Positions 50,301-61,711 of a stretch of 64,000 nt of DNA are shown piece after piece (position 1 is the stretch's first letter; each line of letters starts with the position of its first letter). Both the position numbers and the translations under genes were made by a program. The notes below the pieces were generated by a model. The model worked only from the letters and a program-made list of their open reading frames with translations, made no database searches and had not been told where the DNA came from. This DNA comes from Verrucomicrobiales bacterium (GTDB lineage: Bacteria; Verrucomicrobiota; Verrucomicrobiia; Verrucomicrobiales; DEV007). The stretch lies in contig JAOFXR010000009.1 of the NCBI GenBank assembly GCA_028047635.1, positions 14,902-78,901 of the forward strand. The letters run 5' to 3'.

Positions 50301-50867
50301 CTAAATTTCCCCAATCCATTCTTCCTTCAGTATCCCGATCATGGGCAAATTTCGATACTCTTCCTGATAGTCGAGGCCATAGCCTACCACAAACTCATTT
50401 CCGATCTCAAAACCCACATAATCAGCCTCGAACTCAACGGATCGCTCGATCTTCTTGGAAAGCAAAACGGCTGTTCGAATTGACTTGGGGTTACACTCCT
50501 TCTGAAAACGACTACAAATCGCAGAAAGGGTTCGCCCCGTATCGAGAATATCGTCCACCACGAGTACGTTCCGCCCTTCAATATTCGGCAGTTGTTCCTG
50601 GAGAAAGGTCACCGTCCCTGAACTTTCGGTTCCCCCGTGATAGCTCGAAACCGAAACCGCATCGATCCGGAGCGGAAGATGAATTTCACGTATCAAATCC
50701 GCCATAAACAAGGCCCCACCCTGGAGCACCGCAACAATCGTCAGCGGCTCTCCGTCGAAATCGCGTGCGATCTGCTCGCCCATTCCGGCGATGCACTCGC
50801 GAATCGTGCCCTGGTCGTAAAGCACCCGCTCGAGCCGCTCTCCGAGAATTGGTTCCTTTTGCCCCAT
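50301..50867 (-). CDS. hpt: Hypoxanthine phosphoribosyltransferase
   Basis: VLVVDDILDTGRTL, FVVGYGLDY..YRNLP. Confidence 0.93.
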   Translation of the reverse strand: MGQKEPILGERLERVLYDQGTIRECIAGMGEQIARDFDGEPLTIVAVLQGGALFMADLIREIHLPLRIDAVSVSSYHGGTESSGTVTFLQEQLPNIEGRNVLVVDDILDTGRTLSAICSRFQKECNPKSIRTAVLLSKKIERSVEFEADYVGFEIGNEFVVGYGLDYQEEYRNLPMIGILKEEWIGEI

Positions 50868-50971
50868 GCCCAAGCAGACATCGAACGTCACCATCGGGCA
50901 ACTGAATATTTTTTGCACGATCGCCTCTGTGCGTCGTAATTAATTTAGGCGAGCACCCGAACACCTTTCAC

Positions 50972-51640
50972 ATGAGCAACTCTATCAATCAAAAAATCAG
51001 CGAGCTGAGACAGGAATACCGTAAAGGCAGCCTCCTAAGGGAAAATTTAGATCCCAATCCTTTCGCTCTCTTCGAACAGTGGTTCGACGAGGCCGTCAAC
51101 GCTGCCATTCCCGACGCCAATGCAATGACACTGGCGACGGTCGGGCTCGATGGAGTTCCCAACGCCCGAACCGTGCTCATGAAAGAGTTCACCGACCACG
51201 GCGTCACCCTTTTTACAAATCGCCACAGCAACAAAGGAAAAGAACTCGCCGCTGCCCCCGTCGCCGGACTGCTGTTTCACTGGAAAGAGTTGGAACGCCA
51301 GGTCCATGTCCGCGGGAAGGTCGCGCAAACCTCTCACGAAGAGTCACAAGCTTACTTTTTCTCACGCCCCTACGACGCCCGCATCGGAGCGTGGGCCTCA
51401 CTTCAGAGCGAAGAAATCCCGGAGCGTGAATGGCTCTCGGAACGCGTCCGTGAATTTGAGGCGAAGTATCCCGACAACGGAAAACCTGACTGCGTTCCAT
51501 TGCCTGAGCACTGGGGAGGCTACCGGGTCATTCCGCAGTCGATCGAATTTTGGCAAGGCCAGCCCGGGCGGAAACATGATCGATTTCTCTACACCTGCGC
51601 CGAAGACGGCGAGTGGGAAGCAAAGCGATTGAGCCCTTAA
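50972..51640 (+). CDS. pdxH: Pyridoxamine 5'-phosphate oxidase
   Basis: AMTLAT, RTVLMK, YFFSRP, WGGYR, EFWQG..HDR. Confidence 0.95.
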   Translation: MSNSINQKISELRQEYRKGSLLRENLDPNPFALFEQWFDEAVNAAIPDANAMTLATVGLDGVPNARTVLMKEFTDHGVTLFTNRHSNKGKELAAAPVAGLLFHWKELERQVHVRGKVAQTSHEESQAYFFSRPYDARIGAWASLQSEEIPEREWLSERVREFEAKYPDNGKPDCVPLPEHWGGYRVIPQSIEFWQGQPGRKHDRFLYTCAEDGEWEAKRLSP

Positions 51641-51776
51641 TGATGAGAATTTACGGGGTAAAGTGTCGAACCTTTTCACCATAGGTTTCCGGATCGCTCC
51701 CGCAGTTCCGGTTGTAAAATGACCAATCCCACGTAGCAGGTAGATCTGTCATTCGAATCTGGAAACTTCAGTCCTC

Positions 51777-52538
51777 ATGCAAGAACTCACTCCCCAAGGT
51801 CAGGATATCATCAATGATATCGCAGCTCGCTATAACCTCAGCGTCAATTCGGCGATTGATATGCTGTCGGCCGTTAATCGCGGTGGTGGAACGATGGCCC
51901 AGTTCAGTTGTCCGGAGCTTGGCAGCGGTCAATGGATGCGAGGCGGTATGACAATGGTCGGCGACTTGTTCAACCACGGCCTCAAAGCGACGGTCAATAA
52001 TCTGTGCGGCGAACTTTCGAATGCGCTGGCAAACAATCAAATGTTCCCGCCGCCGAAAACCGGTTCAGGAGGCAACAATTGGTGGCCGGGTGATCTGGGA
52101 AGTCCTTCGAGCAGCGGTGGCCAGAACAACGTCCGTTACGCCTATTTTCCTAAGGCGCGTCGCCTTGCCGTCCAGCGGGACTGTCAGGTATCGCTCTTCG
52201 ACACGAAAGACCACCAAATCGGCGGCGTCAGTCAGCAGCAAGGCGGAGGAAGTTCGCTCACTTTTTCGAGTTAGTTCGGGACCGTTTCAACAATCGATCT
52301 CCCACTCATTTCGGGACCTTCTCTTCAGACAGTTTCCAAGCCAACTAATTTTGCAGAACCACCTCCTGCCGTTGCTCCTAATCCAACTCCCGCTCAGGAA
52401 GCACCGACGACAGAAACGACTGGAAATTCAGATGAGATTTTCGCTCTTCTGGATAAACTGGGAAGCTTGCATGAAAACGGCGTTCTCACGGATCAGGAAT
52501 TCGACACGAAGAAAGCGGAGCTGCTGGAGCGAATCTAG
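51777..52538 (+). pseudogene. SHOCT-domain protein with internal TAG
   Basis: In-frame TAG at 52272-52274; read-through gives LDKLGSLHENGVLTDQEFDTKKAELLERI. Confidence 0.8.
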
Positions 52539-52609
52539 ATAGACCTGCGGGCGTCGATGGTTACTAAAGCAGCCAGTTCTGCTTTTGCGGCGGTTTTACT
52601 CACCGCATG

Positions 52610-52885
52610 TTACTCACGCTCCCACACCCTGACATAATCGACCTCCATCGAAGTAGGAAATCCTTCGCTCGTTGCCGCGCCGGGAATCGGTTTGATGTCC
52701 TGCCCCTTCCATCCAATATGGGGGTATCGTAATCCGAGCGATAGAGTGATGTTCATCGGCTCGTGCCAGTAGGAATTTTCCTTCTGCGCGACTTCTTCAC
52801 CGTCGATAAACCAGGTGATCAACTCGGGTGTCACATCGCATCCGTAGATGTGAAAATCTTCGCGCGTTTAAAGCGAAAGTTGGAA
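52610..52885 (-). pseudogene. C-terminal remnant of a GH16 kappa-carrageenase-like glycoside hydrolase
   Basis: REDFHIYG..ITWFIDG..YWH..NITLSLGLR..EGFPTSMEVDYVRVW; catalytic part absent. Confidence 0.75.
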
Positions 52886-52916
52886 GTGGAAGAATAGGTC
52901 GGGCGCTAGCCAGCCT

Positions 52917-54512
52917 CTATTCTTGATCAGCATTGCTTCCACGCTCAAAAAGAACGCGAAAGCCGATAATATTCTTCCTCTCGTAACTGTTAATCCATCG
53001 GCGCCCTGCTGATAAGATTTGACTGCCATTGCTGGATCCAAAAGAACCACCGCGCACCGTCTTCTCATCGACTATATCATCGTCCCAATGGGTCTCACAC
53101 CATTCCCAAACATTGCCGCCGAGATCTTTGATCCCCCCAATGGCTGCGAGGAAATGATCCGACGGGCGCTGCTTCGATATGAGCATCCGAAAGGAAGGGC
53201 TCAACATTTCGCCCTTCAGTCTCGGGTCCATCATAGTTGCCAAGAACCGTTGCAGGTGGCCAGTCAAGCCCCCACGGATAAACTTCACGCAGCCCATTGT
53301 GTTTGCGTTTCGGCGGGAGAGTCGAATCTTCGATATGCCCGCGACCGGCGAGCGTAGTTCGTGGGAGATCGCTGAAATCAGATTTGATTGTCGGTTTGCG
53401 AGGGATAACTGGGCCTCCATCGTTCTCCACTTACTCCAAATCCCAAAGCCGAGACAGATCATGACGAGGACGAGAAAGGCCCCATAGTTAGCGGCCGCTA
53501 CGCGAATCGCAAAGGGAGTATCTGTGCCAATTGCAGCTAGCTCCTTTCCACTTTGCCTATGAGCGATTGGACTGAAACCGTTCACTTCGAAGCGTTTCTG
53601 CCGGCTGGCGCTGCTGTTGAATGGCGCAGGATTGATCTGCTCTCTCTCAAAGTGGAGACGGAAAGCGAGTGGGTGAGGAAGGTGGGCGTTTTCACTGATA
53701 TTATTTTCCAGTGCCTTTCCAGCCAAGCCTTCCAGTTCTGTTTTGGAAAGAACAACCACCTCATTATTTTCACGGAATACCCTGATGTAACGTTCATCGC
53801 CATCAATGAACCATTGATACGGTGAGCCAAAGCGGTCCAGATAGTCCTCATTCTGATACAGAAGCTTCCGTGTCGCGGATTTCGCATCGAAGCTCTCGAC
53901 CCAATGCTTCAGGTCAATTGACTTCGTAAGCTCCTGTTCCTCGACGATTGTGATAACGCGCTTCAGAAGCACTTCAGAAATCATTGAAGGTTGATTGACT
54001 ACGATCGAATTCAATAACGCCTCTAGCATCAAAGTTGCCTCGCCGATCTCTTGTTCGTCCAGATAAAGCTGCGCGAGTTGAAATTGAGCAATCGGTAATG
54101 AGGGGAGCCCTGATGGTGTTTTGTTCTGCCTGAAGTCGGCAAGTTTTTCTCTCAGCTTTTCAGCCTGCCCCGACTGCAACAAGGATTCGTAAATGAGGTA
54201 ATTCTCGCGATCAGATTTTGAAATCGCTAGCGAAGGCATCTCAAACTGTTTTCTTGAACCTTGCGCCACCTTACGGAGGCTTACCGCTTCGCTATTGAGG
54301 TAGCTTTTAAATTCCTTACCGAGTTGATCGGAAATAGCAGAAGTATAGCGCTCCCCGGTGCGAACGAGTTCCTCTTCTTCAATCACCGTTTCGTAGCGGA
54401 GATAGCTAATGCCAACGATGCTCAAAATTACCGCAGGCAATGTCGCGAGAACCAGGGAAATCCGGGCACGACGATGGTTACGATAATTGATTGATTCCGA
54501 CATGGGAGCCAT
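52917..54512 (-). pseudogene. Truncated sensor histidine kinase fused to an FGE-domain fragment
   Basis: Two TMs + ISHELRSP H-box, no HATPase; FGE motifs in two frames. Confidence 0.7.
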
Positions 54513-54702
54513 AGTGGCTCATTAGCATTGGAACGTTGTTGCCACGTAATGCCAATCCCAAAGATGTCGGGATTTTGTAAAAATTGGAAACTCGTCCTAT
54601 AGATTTGTGTATCGATTCCCCCTCGCACTCAACTTAACGAGAAAATCATCTGTATGATGACGAATGCTATTAAAAGCACCCCCAGACGAGAACACAAAGC
54701 AC

Positions 54703-54738
54703 AAAAAAACGCCCACGTCGTTAGACGAGAGCGTTTTT
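54703..54738 (-). terminator. Probable terminator downstream of marR
   Basis: AAAAAAACGC...GCGTTTTT with inner CGTC/GACG stem. Confidence 0.5.
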
Positions 54739-54847
54739 AAAAAATCGCGTGGAGGTGATTTGTAGCTGTGTTCTCGAGGGTTGCCTGAATAGTGCGTTTC
54801 GTGTGAGCGGGGTCAATTCTCAAAGAATCAACTCAAGCAACGACCCT

Positions 54848-55306
54848 TTAAACAGAAGCTAAGAATTCACGCAGTTGCGTGTAAATAGGTTGGATCGCTT
54901 CGTCATCACCACTCTCTTGAGCAACCATTACCTGCGAAATGCTATCGGCGATGATGTTACGGAGACGACTGACGAGCTCGATACCTTTACGAGTGATCTG
55001 GACCATGACCTTGCGGCGGTCGTCAGCAGCATGAAGGCGCTGAACGTAACCGAGCTTTTCAAGGCGATCGACCAGACCTGTGGCTGCTGCCGTTGAATGA
55101 CCCATCTTCTTAGAGATGTCAGTCATTGTCAGGTAGTCCTCATTGGCAAGGTAGCCGAGTAGGAAAAATTGGGCGTAGGAAATGCTCCCCTGATTCAATT
55201 CCTTCGATAAATCGAGTAGGAAAGAACGTTGGGCGAACATAATGAAGTCGGCCAGCCTGTCGGCATTTGGTTCGACGTCAACAACTTTGTCTTCTTGTGT
55301 TTGCAT
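54848..55306 (-). CDS. MarR-family transcriptional regulator
   Basis: TGLVDRLEKLGYV.R..DDRR wHTH; start at ATG 55306. Confidence 0.9.
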   Translation of the reverse strand: MQTQEDKVVDVEPNADRLADFIMFAQRSFLLDLSKELNQGSISYAQFFLLGYLANEDYLTMTDISKKMGHSTAAATGLVDRLEKLGYVQRLHAADDRRKVMVQITRKGIELVSRLRNIIADSISQVMVAQESGDDEAIQPIYTQLREFLASV

Positions 55307-55720
55307 AGTAATAAACCTCCGTGCGATTTTTTTGTTAATTTTTAGGAAGTAAAGATAGGTTAAACCCATTCAGGGTCTTTTTGCAAGCAATTTATTATAA
55401 ATTTCATAAAATTCATACAAATAAGTGCTTCGGACCACATAAATATACTAAACACTTCGCATTCTTTTTCTAATTTCGCAATCTTAAATTGTAAATCTGC
55501 GTTGATTTTCAAAAATGCAACACTTTACGGCACCTGATGAGACTATTCGATGACGGAGTTAACCGGTGCATATTTTCGGTGGAGTCTCGTAAAGCTTCCT
55601 TTAGATTTAATTATCAAGAAGTCTGACAAAACTCCGACCAAACAAGTTAAAGAGAACTTTGAGATATAGGTTTCCTGGACTTCAGTGCTTTCATAGCTCA
55701 AAAAAGCTATCTTAATAACG

Positions 55721-56293
55721 ATGAGATTTATACTAGCGGAAGAATCCTGGATCCTTGATGCGCTGTCACCGACAGAGTGGCAGCTCATTTCTGAGATTCC
55801 CCTCATCGCTTCCGGTATACACTTTACCGAAAAGACTCGCGAACGCCTTTTCCCCTCTCCGCTCGCCAATGACGCACTCGCTGACGAAGAAACGATCACC
55901 CAGTTGGAGGACTGGGACGAGCTGATCAAGCCTGACTTGATGGAGGCGTTCGAAATGTCGCGGGACACCGTCCAGTCAGATCTGGATAAAGTGGAAACCG
56001 TGCCGGTAGAGCAAGTGCTGCCCCCCGAAGAAGCAGACCACAACTTTGCGATCGATAACTTCTACCGGCTTGAGGTTAAGATTGAAAATACAGAACTCTG
56101 GTACAGTGCCTTGAATCAAGCCCGTCTTCTCTTGAACGAAGAGTATGATCTCGCCGATTCCGGTGATCGTCTTCTCATTCAAATGGAAGGACCCGATGCC
56201 GTCGACGAGAACCGACTTCTCCTTCTCGCTCAATATGAGATTTACAGCGTGATACAAAACATTCTCATCGAGAGTGTCATGGAGGGGCAATAA
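55721..56293 (+). CDS. Hypothetical protein, DUF2017-like
   Basis: RERLFPSP, DWDELIKPDL, WYSALNQARL. Confidence 0.6.
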   Translation: MRFILAEESWILDALSPTEWQLISEIPLIASGIHFTEKTRERLFPSPLANDALADEETITQLEDWDELIKPDLMEAFEMSRDTVQSDLDKVETVPVEQVLPPEEADHNFAIDNFYRLEVKIENTELWYSALNQARLLLNEEYDLADSGDRLLIQMEGPDAVDENRLLLLAQYEIYSVIQNILIESVMEGQ

Positions 56294-56325
56294 GTGATGC
56301 CATTTTTTAGATTAGCCCGTTTATC

Positions 56326-56823
56326 ATGCCTCCCATTCTTGAAACCGCTTCGGCCCGTTGGAACCTGGTCTCATCAGAAACACCGCTAGATCAATTTCCG
56401 GAGCCGAACCTGTTCGAATCACTCATGCGAGAGGCGCGTTACGCTCAAGACAATGCGTATGCCCCCTATTCGGAGTTCCAGGTAGGTGCCGCTCTCGTGA
56501 TCGGAGGAAGGATCTATCGCGGAGCCAATGTTGAGAATGCCAGCTACGGAGCGACAATGTGTGCCGAGCGCACCGCACTCTTTAACGGAGTCAGCGATGG
56601 AGAACGCCAACTAACCCTCCTTGCCATCACTACATCAGCGGAGCCCCTTTCGCCGATCGAATCGAGATCCCCCTGCGGGCTTTGCCGTCAGGTCATGAGT
56701 GAATTTACCACCTCTGATGCACTTGTGCTTCTTGATGCCGGGGATGAAAACGGCCAACTCGTCGGGGACATCATCCCTTTCAGCGTGCTCTTTCCTTTTC
56801 AATTCAAGCTTGGAGGAGAGTGA
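56326..56823 (+). CDS. cdd: Cytidine deaminase
   Basis: AYAPYS.F.VGAA, NVENASY, CAE, PCGLCRQ. Confidence 0.93.
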   Translation: MPPILETASARWNLVSSETPLDQFPEPNLFESLMREARYAQDNAYAPYSEFQVGAALVIGGRIYRGANVENASYGATMCAERTALFNGVSDGERQLTLLAITTSAEPLSPIESRSPCGLCRQVMSEFTTSDALVLLDAGDENGQLVGDIIPFSVLFPFQFKLGGE

Positions 56824-56829
56824 TCTCGC

Positions 56830-57597
56830 TCACTTTTTAGCTTTGGCGGCTTGCCTCGACGCCTCTTCGCGCCTCTTGGCAATTGCTTCGACCTTCTTCT
56901 TTTCAGCGGCGAGCACTTCTTCGCCGAGAGCAACCGGCGCAACATCTCCCGCCACGACCACTTCGTCCTGCGGAATCTCGCGGATACGAATGTTTCGATA
57001 CCAGACGGGATCGCCGTGATCCTGCAGGCTCAGGTTCGCTCCCCGGGCTTCTAAATTCCCTCCACGCTTCGTCAAGAGGCCGACCTGTTCTTTCCATTTG
57101 GCGTCATCGTAATCGAATGAAATCACGGCCTGCCCGTTGAGCCAGTGCTGAACCACAGAGCCCTTCGCAACAATCTTCCCGACATTCCATTCTCCGACCG
57201 GTTTCGTCAGATCGCAGCAGGGAGCCATACAAAAATAAAGCGACGCAGCAGAGGTTCGTGGATTTTTACCATCGGGATGCGTCTTGTTATCCAGAATCTG
57301 ATATTCGTATTGAGTCGGGCGATAATAAACACCGCTATTCGTTCTTTCGGCGACCTTCCATTCAAACTGGAGTTCGAAGTCATCCGGCACCTTCGCCGCG
57401 CTATAACTGATTCCCCCACCTTTCTCCTTCCGAAAAAGTGAGCCGTCCTCGGCAATCACCCAGTTGCCGGATTGCTTCCACCCTTCCAGTGAAGAGCCAT
57501 CAAAGAGAGTCGTAAACGTCTCATCATCTGCCTGCACAAAGAAATACGAAGGCAGGGCTGCAAATAAAACGAGGAGGAAATGGCAGGGCTTGATCAT
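56830..57597 (-). CDS. DUF1080 (3-keto-disaccharide hydrolase) family secreted protein
   Basis: LFDG..L.GW, NSGV, EYQILD, GEWN, LQDHG..VWYRNIRI. Confidence 0.88.
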   Translation of the reverse strand: MIKPCHFLLVLFAALPSYFFVQADDETFTTLFDGSSLEGWKQSGNWVIAEDGSLFRKEKGGGISYSAAKVPDDFELQFEWKVAERTNSGVYYRPTQYEYQILDNKTHPDGKNPRTSAASLYFCMAPCCDLTKPVGEWNVGKIVAKGSVVQHWLNGQAVISFDYDDAKWKEQVGLLTKRGGNLEARGANLSLQDHGDPVWYRNIRIREIPQDEVVVAGDVAPVALGEEVLAAEKKKVEAIAKRREEASRQAAKAKK

Positions 57598-57720
57598 GTT
57601 GCCTCCATTATATGGCGAAGCGCGATAGTCTTCAACAAGCGTTTAGACACGATCTCAGCTAAAACCGCAAATGAAGATTCTCCCTGCCAGAGATCTCATG
57701 GAGCGAACCAGCTACTTTCA

Positions 57721-58557
57721 CTAAGCTTCGCCAAGCCCTTTCGCGCTTTCATCGTCACCGTCGATATCAGCAAATTCAACAGCAGTTCGTGCCTGATCAG
57801 ATCGCCCGACTTTCACCAGTTCGCTATCCCCCACTTTATCGAGCTTCGTGTAGCCAGGGTGATGGGATTCTTTATAAGGGTCATTCGATGCCGCATTGTA
57901 ACAGCAAATCATAGCCCAACGGGAATTCTCGGAATGATTCGCGCCTGAACAATGCAAGGTGTTGGAATGAAAGAAGACCGCGTCTCCGGCCTCCATTTCA
58001 GCATGAATAAGCACGAGACGCTTTTCCGCCTCGCTAACACGCTCTCGATCAGCGCCCGCCTGCTCCCCGGAAAGAACGTGATTAATGCGACCCATCTTGT
58101 GTGAGCTTTTTAATAGCTGAAGGCAGCCATTCTCTTTCGTTGCTGCGTCGACCGCGATCATGACGCTGCAGAGATCAGGGAAAAGAAGTCCGTTTTGATA
58201 CCAGTAGCCATAATCCTGATGCCAGGCCCAGGCACCTCCGGTAAGCGCGTCTTTGAGAATCATCTTCGAATGATAATGATAAACCTCTCCGCCAATCAAC
58301 TGCTCAACCGAATCGACGATTCGTTCTGATCGGGCCACCATCCCGTATACGCCGTCTCCCGGATGATTCCACAGCGACAGGCGCACCGCATTGCCTTCTC
58401 CGTCATCAAGAGCAGACGCCGCCTCATCGAGCGCATGATCACTTCGCGCGACGTCTCCGACCATCGAGATTTCCTCCCTGCTGAAGAGACCGCGGCAAAT
58501 GAGGTAACCCTCTTCGTGATAACGGGTGATCTCCGCGGCGCTGAATCTTCCACTCAT
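57721..58557 (-). CDS. Phytanoyl-CoA dioxygenase (PhyH) family Fe/2OG enzyme
   Basis: WHQD, ENGCL, GDAVFFH..TLH..N...R. Confidence 0.9.
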   Translation of the reverse strand: MSGRFSAAEITRYHEEGYLICRGLFSREEISMVGDVARSDHALDEAASALDDGEGNAVRLSLWNHPGDGVYGMVARSERIVDSVEQLIGGEVYHYHSKMILKDALTGGAWAWHQDYGYWYQNGLLFPDLCSVMIAVDAATKENGCLQLLKSSHKMGRINHVLSGEQAGADRERVSEAEKRLVLIHAEMEAGDAVFFHSNTLHCSGANHSENSRWAMICCYNAASNDPYKESHHPGYTKLDKVGDSELVKVGRSDQARTAVEFADIDGDDESAKGLGEA

Positions 58558-58684
58558 TTGGCTACCATCCCAAAGCCACGTTCGCTTGTAAATCCGCGTT
58601 TTTTCCAAATTTTGAGAATTTCTGAGAAAAATTCCTTTCAAACTTGCAATCCTCCTCAGAACGTATCACTAATTACGGAAATTA

Positions 58685-60082
58685 TTGAATTTACCGATAA
58701 TTTCGGCCATAACTACTCTTCTATCCCAAAATCTACTCTTCGTGTTATCGCTGTTAGTCGGAGTGGCTTGCTATGTGGGAACGAAGAATATCGCCACGAA
58801 CAAGCAGTTCGCTGCTGAGTTGCCACTAATGAGTGAAAGCGAAGTGATTCGTGATTCGTTCGTTCTCAATGCGACGCCTCATCTCCTTGCACGAACCAAC
58901 ACCCCCGTGCACATAGCGAGTGACGTTCTCGGTAACTTCTACGTGTTGCAGAAAAACGGAGAAATCATCCGAATCACTCCCACGGAGTCAGGAATGACGG
59001 TTTCGACGAGCTATGCGAAACTTGCCGTGGAAAATACGGCTACCGGCATTGGATTTTCAGCGATCTCACTTCACCCTCACTTTCATGTGAAAGAGTCGCC
59101 CGGTTACGGCAAATTCTACGTCGTCAGCGCAGAGACAGCAGGGAGTGGCGCACCGGATTTCTCTCCGGAGTTTGGAAATGACAGCGAGCACCATCAGGAT
59201 GTTATCCATGAACATAAGACGATCGAGCCTCTCCTCGGAAATTTTAGGGGTAACAGCCGCGAAGTGGTGCGATTCAGCCAACCGGGCGCAGAAAACAATG
59301 TCGAAAGCATCGCCTTTGACCATCTCGGCCAGCTTTACATCGGAGTTGGAGATGGTTCCAGCAGTGAGGTCACCCACAAAAGCCCTTCTAAAAATGCGTC
59401 ATCACTCACTTCAGCCTAAGGGAAAATTCTGTGCATCGATCCTCTCGGAGAAAACTCAGACAGCGGAGAATACGGCATCCCTGAGACGAATCCCTTCTGC
59501 TGGGTTTCTGATTCTGTCCCAGAACTCTGGGCATTTGGCCTTCGCAATCCGCACAGCCTTCACTTCGACCCTTTCCTCGGCAGCCTGAACATCGCTGATT
59601 CAGGAATAGACGGAAAAGAAGAAATCAACGTGAGCCGCATCGGAGGTGAACATTTCGGATGGGATTTGTCCCAAAAGAACGCTCTTTTTGACCGCAGCCT
59701 CAGAGCGCAGTTGAAAGAGATCGTTACCGTTCCTGCCCTCGAAACGAAGACAGGCCAGGCCAATGGGAACGTCATCTATCGCGGTGAGAATTTCCCCGCA
59801 CTCGCCGGCCGCATCATCATGACGAATACGAATGGACAAGTCCTCTGCGGCAATTCGAAGAGCGGCGCGATGAATGACACCTCTGTTTCGCTGGTGAAAG
59901 TTCCCGGACTCGGTGACCGCCCGCTTACTGGGTTAAAAACAACACTCGACAGTGAACTCATCGTCCTCTGTGAAGACGGCAGTATTTTTGAAATCCGGAA
60001 GGCCGCTTCTCTCGGAACCGAAAAACGTCGCAACCGTCAGCTTTTCTGTCAACTCGACGAGACAGTTTCCACCCGCGGCTAA
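58685..60082 (+). pseudogene. Glucose/sorbosone dehydrogenase-like propeller protein with internal TAA
   Basis: In-frame TAA at 59417-59419 (SA*GKILCIDP); downstream GLRNP motif in the same frame. Confidence 0.8.
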
Positions 60083-61446
60083 AACTCCGCTGATCCCGGC
60101 GTCCTTGGAAAAGGGATCACATCACGAATATTCGCGACGCCAGTCACGAACATCAAGAGGCGCTCAAAGCCAAGGCCGAATCCTGCATGAGGAACGGAAC
60201 CGTGACGGCGGAGATCAACATACCAGGAGTATGTCTCCTCGCTCAATTCGTGTTCAGCAAAATTAGCCTCGAGAACATCAAGACGCTCCTCGCGCTGACT
60301 TCCTCCGACGATTTCTCCGATCCCCGGAACCAGTAAATCCATCGCAGCGACCGTCTTACCGTCGTCGTTCTTGCGCATGTAGAACGGCTTGATCTCTTTG
60401 GGATAGTTATAAACTGTAGTCGGGCATTTAAAATGCTCCTCCGTGAGATAACGCTCATGCTCCGACTGGAGGTTGTGTCCGTACTCAACCGGATACTCGA
60501 ACTTCTTCCCGCTCGCCTGTAGCAACTCAACCGCATCCGTATAAGTGATTCGCTCAAAGGTGCGGTCCCGCACAAACTGGAGCCTATCGACGAGCCCTTT
60601 GTCCACAAACTGATTGAAGAAAGCCAAGTCATCCGCGCAGGTCTCGAGTGCGTCATTGACCAGGTATTTAATCATTTCTTCAGCAAGGTTCATGTCCCCT
60701 TCGAGATCACAGAACGCAATCTCAGGCTCGACCATCCAGAATTCGGAAGCATGGCGGGAAGTGTGTGAGTTCTCAGCGCGAAACGTCGGCCCAAAAGTAT
60801 AAATATTGGAAAGGGCACACGCAAAAGTTTCTCCTTCGAGCTGACCGCTCACGGTGAGGTAAGCCGGCTTCTGGAAAAACTCCTCTTCACCGGTTTTCAC
60901 TTCTTCACCATCCATCGTCACGACCCGAAACATTTCTCCTGCCCCCTCGCAGTCTGACGAAGTGATAATCGGCGTGTGAACATAGAAAAATCCCCGCTCC
61001 TGAAAAAACTGGTGGATCGCGTAAGCCATCCGACTGCGAACGCGAAAGACAGCCCCGAAGAGATTGGACCGCGGACGCAAATGGGCGATCGAGCGCATGA
61101 ACTCCATCGAGTGCCCCTTTTTCTGAAGCGGGTAGTCCTCTTCTGCCGCACCAAGCATCTCGACAGAGCTTGCCTGGATTTCCCATTGCTGCCCCTTGCC
61201 CTGGGAACGAACCACTTTACCATTCAAAGTCAGCGATGCGCCTGTCTTCAGCGGAACGACATTTTCTTCGTATCCTGCGAGCGTCGCATCAGCAATCACC
61301 TGAATATTGGCGAGACAGCTACCATCGTTCACTTCGATGAAGGAGAAGGCCTTGGAATCCCGCTTCGTTCGAACCCAGCCGTTGACGGTGACATCTCCGG
61401 GTTCGGATTCGCTTTTGAGGATATCGACAATTCGGGAAAAGGACAT
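60079..61446 (-). CDS. asnS: Asparagine--tRNA ligase
   Basis: [35 protein letters not shown]. Confidence 0.96.
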   Translation of the reverse strand: MSFSRIVDILKSESEPGDVTVNGWVRTKRDSKAFSFIEVNDGSCLANIQVIADATLAGYEENVVPLKTGASLTLNGKVVRSQGKGQQWEIQASSVEMLGAAEEDYPLQKKGHSMEFMRSIAHLRPRSNLFGAVFRVRSRMAYAIHQFFQERGFFYVHTPIITSSDCEGAGEMFRVVTMDGEEVKTGEEEFFQKPAYLTVSGQLEGETFACALSNIYTFGPTFRAENSHTSRHASEFWMVEPEIAFCDLEGDMNLAEEMIKYLVNDALETCADDLAFFNQFVDKGLVDRLQFVRDRTFERITYTDAVELLQASGKKFEYPVEYGHNLQSEHERYLTEEHFKCPTTVYNYPKEIKPFYMRKNDDGKTVAAMDLLVPGIGEIVGGSQREERLDVLEANFAEHELSEETYSWYVDLRRHGSVPHAGFGLGFERLLMFVTGVANIRDVIPFPRTPGSAEF

Positions 61447-61711
61447 GCCACAGTATCGAAATCGCAGCCCTAATATCAACCGGATTTAAAGCGGTTCCCA
61501 AAGATAAAACACAACAGCATTCTTGCCGCGCACCCCTTGCACTCCGCACACCCAAGAGGATTGAGCGTGAAAAGTCATTCGCCGGGCAAATGCGGGAGTC
61601 TCCGTGATTCTCCCGGAGATAGAATCCTACGTCGTCGTCACTCGCCGAGTGAGGTTCGCAGCCTTCGCCCCGATAGACTCCACAATTATACCTGCTACTT
61701 CAGGACCGACG

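Noticed and set aside
55307-55720. AT-rich stretch as foreign DNA or replication origin
   Set aside because: Consistent with a divergent promoter region; no DnaA-box cluster or mobility genes recognised
15963-59419. Stop-codon reassignment (TAA/TAG at apparent Tyr/Gln sites: 15963, 32800, 52272, 59417)
   Set aside because: TAA and TAG terminate many intact genes here, prfA is intact, and other accessory genes are broken by frameshifts; nonsense mutation is simpler
61447-61711. tRNA or T-box upstream of asnS
   Set aside because: No cloverleaf or T-box consensus recognised by eye
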